Source: an uncultured Phycisphaerales bacterium (lineage in GTDB: Bacteria; Planctomycetota; Phycisphaerae; Tepidisphaerales; Tepidisphaeraceae). From it: a stretch of 64,000 bases of DNA. The notes below the pieces were generated by a model, which had not been told where the DNA came from, searched no databases, and saw only the letters and a program-made list of their open reading frames with translations. Positions within the stretch are counted from its first letter, which is position 1. The number at the start of each line of letters is the position of its first letter. The position numbers and the translations under genes were made by a program. Below, in pieces: positions 62,398-64,000 of this stretch. Location of the stretch: assembly GCA_963755915.1 (NCBI GenBank), contig CAVWLP010000002.1, positions 1,888,001-1,952,000 on the forward strand. Reading direction: 5' to 3'.

Positions 62398-64000
62398 ATG
62401 CGGCGGATTATTGGGGCTGTGCTTGGCGTCGTCCTCTTTTCGCAATGGGGATTTGGCCAAGTTGAATATTCCATCACTGATCTTGGCGCAGGCCAGGCAA
62501 ATGCGATCAATTCGGGCGGACAAGTGACGGGGCAGACGGGGAACGGCGACATTCTGTTTTATTCGGATGGAACATCACAGGATCTAGGTGAGGGAGACGG
62601 GCTCGGAATCAACGATGCTGGCGAAATTGTCGGCTATTACGATTTTGTCAATCAAAGCTCCTACAACGCCTTCTCCTATGACAACGGTTCATTCACGAAA
62701 ATAGGTGGCAACGAATACGAAGCCGTCGGAATTAATGACAGTGGTCAAATCGTCGGAACAGTTAATCATGGCGCAAGTGCCTGGATCGATACGAATGGCT
62801 CCATTAATAATTTTAGCTCTGGTGCCGCCGCAGAGGCCGTCAACAATAGTGGTCAAGTTGTAGGCGGGTTGAACCTTGGACCTCCCTTTTTATATAGCAA
62901 CGGATCAATACAAGATTTAGACCCCTCCCTTCTCTCGCACAGCGGACATAGTAGCGGCGCGAACGCCATCAACGACAACGGCGAGATCGTTGGCGCGGAT
63001 GGAATTGGAAATGCCTTCACGTATTCAAATGGATCGGCGCAGCTCATTGGGCCGGGGACAGCTTACGGTGTCAATTCAAGCGGTGAAGTGGTGGGCACGA
63101 GTGGCGGGCATGGCTTCGTGTCTACATCAAGCGGTACTCCTCAAGATTTGAACACGCTAATTGCTCCAGGTTCTGGCTGGACAATTTCTTCTGCCAATGC
63201 GATAAATGGTTCCGGTCAGATCGCGGGCACAGCAACGAATACTGGTGGCCAAGCGCACGCGGTTCTTTTGACACCAACTTCAATTGTTAGCCAGGAGACA
63301 AATAAGACGCCAGCATCCCCGCTAACGACGCTTCCAGCTCCGGGAAGTTTGGAGGTGCTCGACAAGGCAACTGGGGAGTTCGTACCTTACAGCAGTACTT
63401 CGGGAACAATAGGTTATATCGATCCCAAACAGACAACTGTGGTTTTAACTCATGGATTTTCTAGCAGTCCCTCTATATGGGCCGGAAGTGACGGCTTCGC
63501 GGAAAATCTCGCCGATGCCGAGCCCATGGCAAACATTATCGCTTGGAACTGGAGCGCTACTGCCGGTTCAATTTCTGATCCTTTGACCACCCTGCCGGCG
63601 GCAACCTACAATACGCAGCAAGAAGGACTTACCCTTGGCACGGACCTTGCGCTCGTCTTAGGTACAGATTATTCAAACTCGATTCACTTCTACGGCCACA
63701 GTTTGGGAACCCTGGTAAATGCCCAAGCAATTGATACTTTTTGGAATAAAGACAATCTACACGCACCAATACAAGACACCTTGTTTGATGAGGCTGAAAT
63801 CACAAATACCGCTTCTGGCTTAATCTTATGCCAGCCGAGCAACTTCAGCGCTCTTCCTTCGCAAAGCACAGGGGCGGTTGTTGACAACTACATTTCAGCT
63901 ACTGGTGAGGTCCACGCAGGCGCGGTCAACGTCATCCTACAGCAAGGCCCGACCGAACTTGATCCGTTGGATTTTCATGGATACCCGATAACGTGGTATC
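62398..64000 (+). CDS. Secreted HAF-repeat beta-propeller fused to an alpha/beta-hydrolase domain (3' end outside window)
   Basis: Not in the ORF track. AGGAGG RBS, signal peptide, seven (I/V)NxxG(Q/E)(I/V)xG repeats, then VVLTHGF, WNWS, IHFYGHSLG and FHGYP. Frame is open to 64000. Confidence 0.85.
   Translation, partial: MRRIIGAVLGVVLFSQWGFGQVEYSITDLGAGQANAINSGGQVTGQTGNGDILFYSDGTSQDLGEGDGLGINDAGEIVGYYDFVNQSSYNAFSYDNGSFTKIGGNEYEAVGINDSGQIVGTVNHGASAWIDTNGSINNFSSGAAAEAVNNSGQVVGGLNLGPPFLYSNGSIQDLDPSLLSHSGHSSGANAINDNGEIVGADGIGNAFTYSNGSAQLIGPGTAYGVNSSGEVVGTSGGHGFVSTSSGTPQDLNTLIAPGSGWTISSANAINGSGQIAGTATNTGGQAHAVLLTPTSIVSQETNKTPASPLTTLPAPGSLEVLDKATGEFVPYSSTSGTIGYIDPKQTTVVLTHGFSSSPSIWAGSDGFAENLADAEPMANIIAWNWSATAGSISDPLTTLPAATYNTQQEGLTLGTDLALVLGTDYSNSIHFYGHSLGTLVNAQAIDTFWNKDNLHAPIQDTLFDEAEITNTASGLILCQPSNFSALPSQSTGAVVDNYISATGEVHAGAVNVILQQGPTELDPLDFHGYPITWY

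Larger units (their letters stand above)
60165..64000. mobile_element. Left part of an integrative genomic island at tRNA-Gln
   Basis: Tyrosine integrase begins about 140 nt after the tRNA, arm-like repeats lie between them, and the cargo shifts to AT-richer sequence. The other att end is outside the window. Confidence 0.75.

Overview
GC-rich bacterial chromosome segment. I infer a planctomycete (probably Phycisphaerae) from the 23S-5S operon without 16S, the short 5S rRNA, a PheT lacking the B2 domain, a PEP-CTERM protein and T-T/S-Q/R-P linker motifs. Backbone genes: sulfotransferases and methyltransferases, a hybrid histidine kinase, a phospholipid-synthesis cluster, an ECF sigma locus, ribD-lspA-DksA-like, pheT, an ABC exporter module, uxaC, icd, a Ser/Thr kinase, proA, a DsbD-like protein and a sugar ABC importer, plus tRNA-Glu and tRNA-Gln. 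Two accessory regions: a lower-GC island at about 33.4-42.8 kb (restriction-like protein, HNH-like protein, FRG gene, full-length IS21, PEP-CTERM protein, DUF559 cassette) and the start of an integrase island at tRNA-Gln (60.1 kb onward). About a dozen genes carry single-base frameshifts that look like long-read consensus errors. The most unusual observations: (i) an 80-bp duplication of the 5S rRNA 3' end bracketing an orphan antitoxin; (ii) an expanded hairpin inside the 23S rRNA built from repeat-like sequence; (iii) several families of short palindromic intergenic elements, some nested in each other and one bracketing a DUF559 nuclease gene; (iv) IS21 end motifs repeated inside istA. I found no CRISPR array and no reverse transcriptase. 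All family assignments come from reading motifs by eye, not from database searches.
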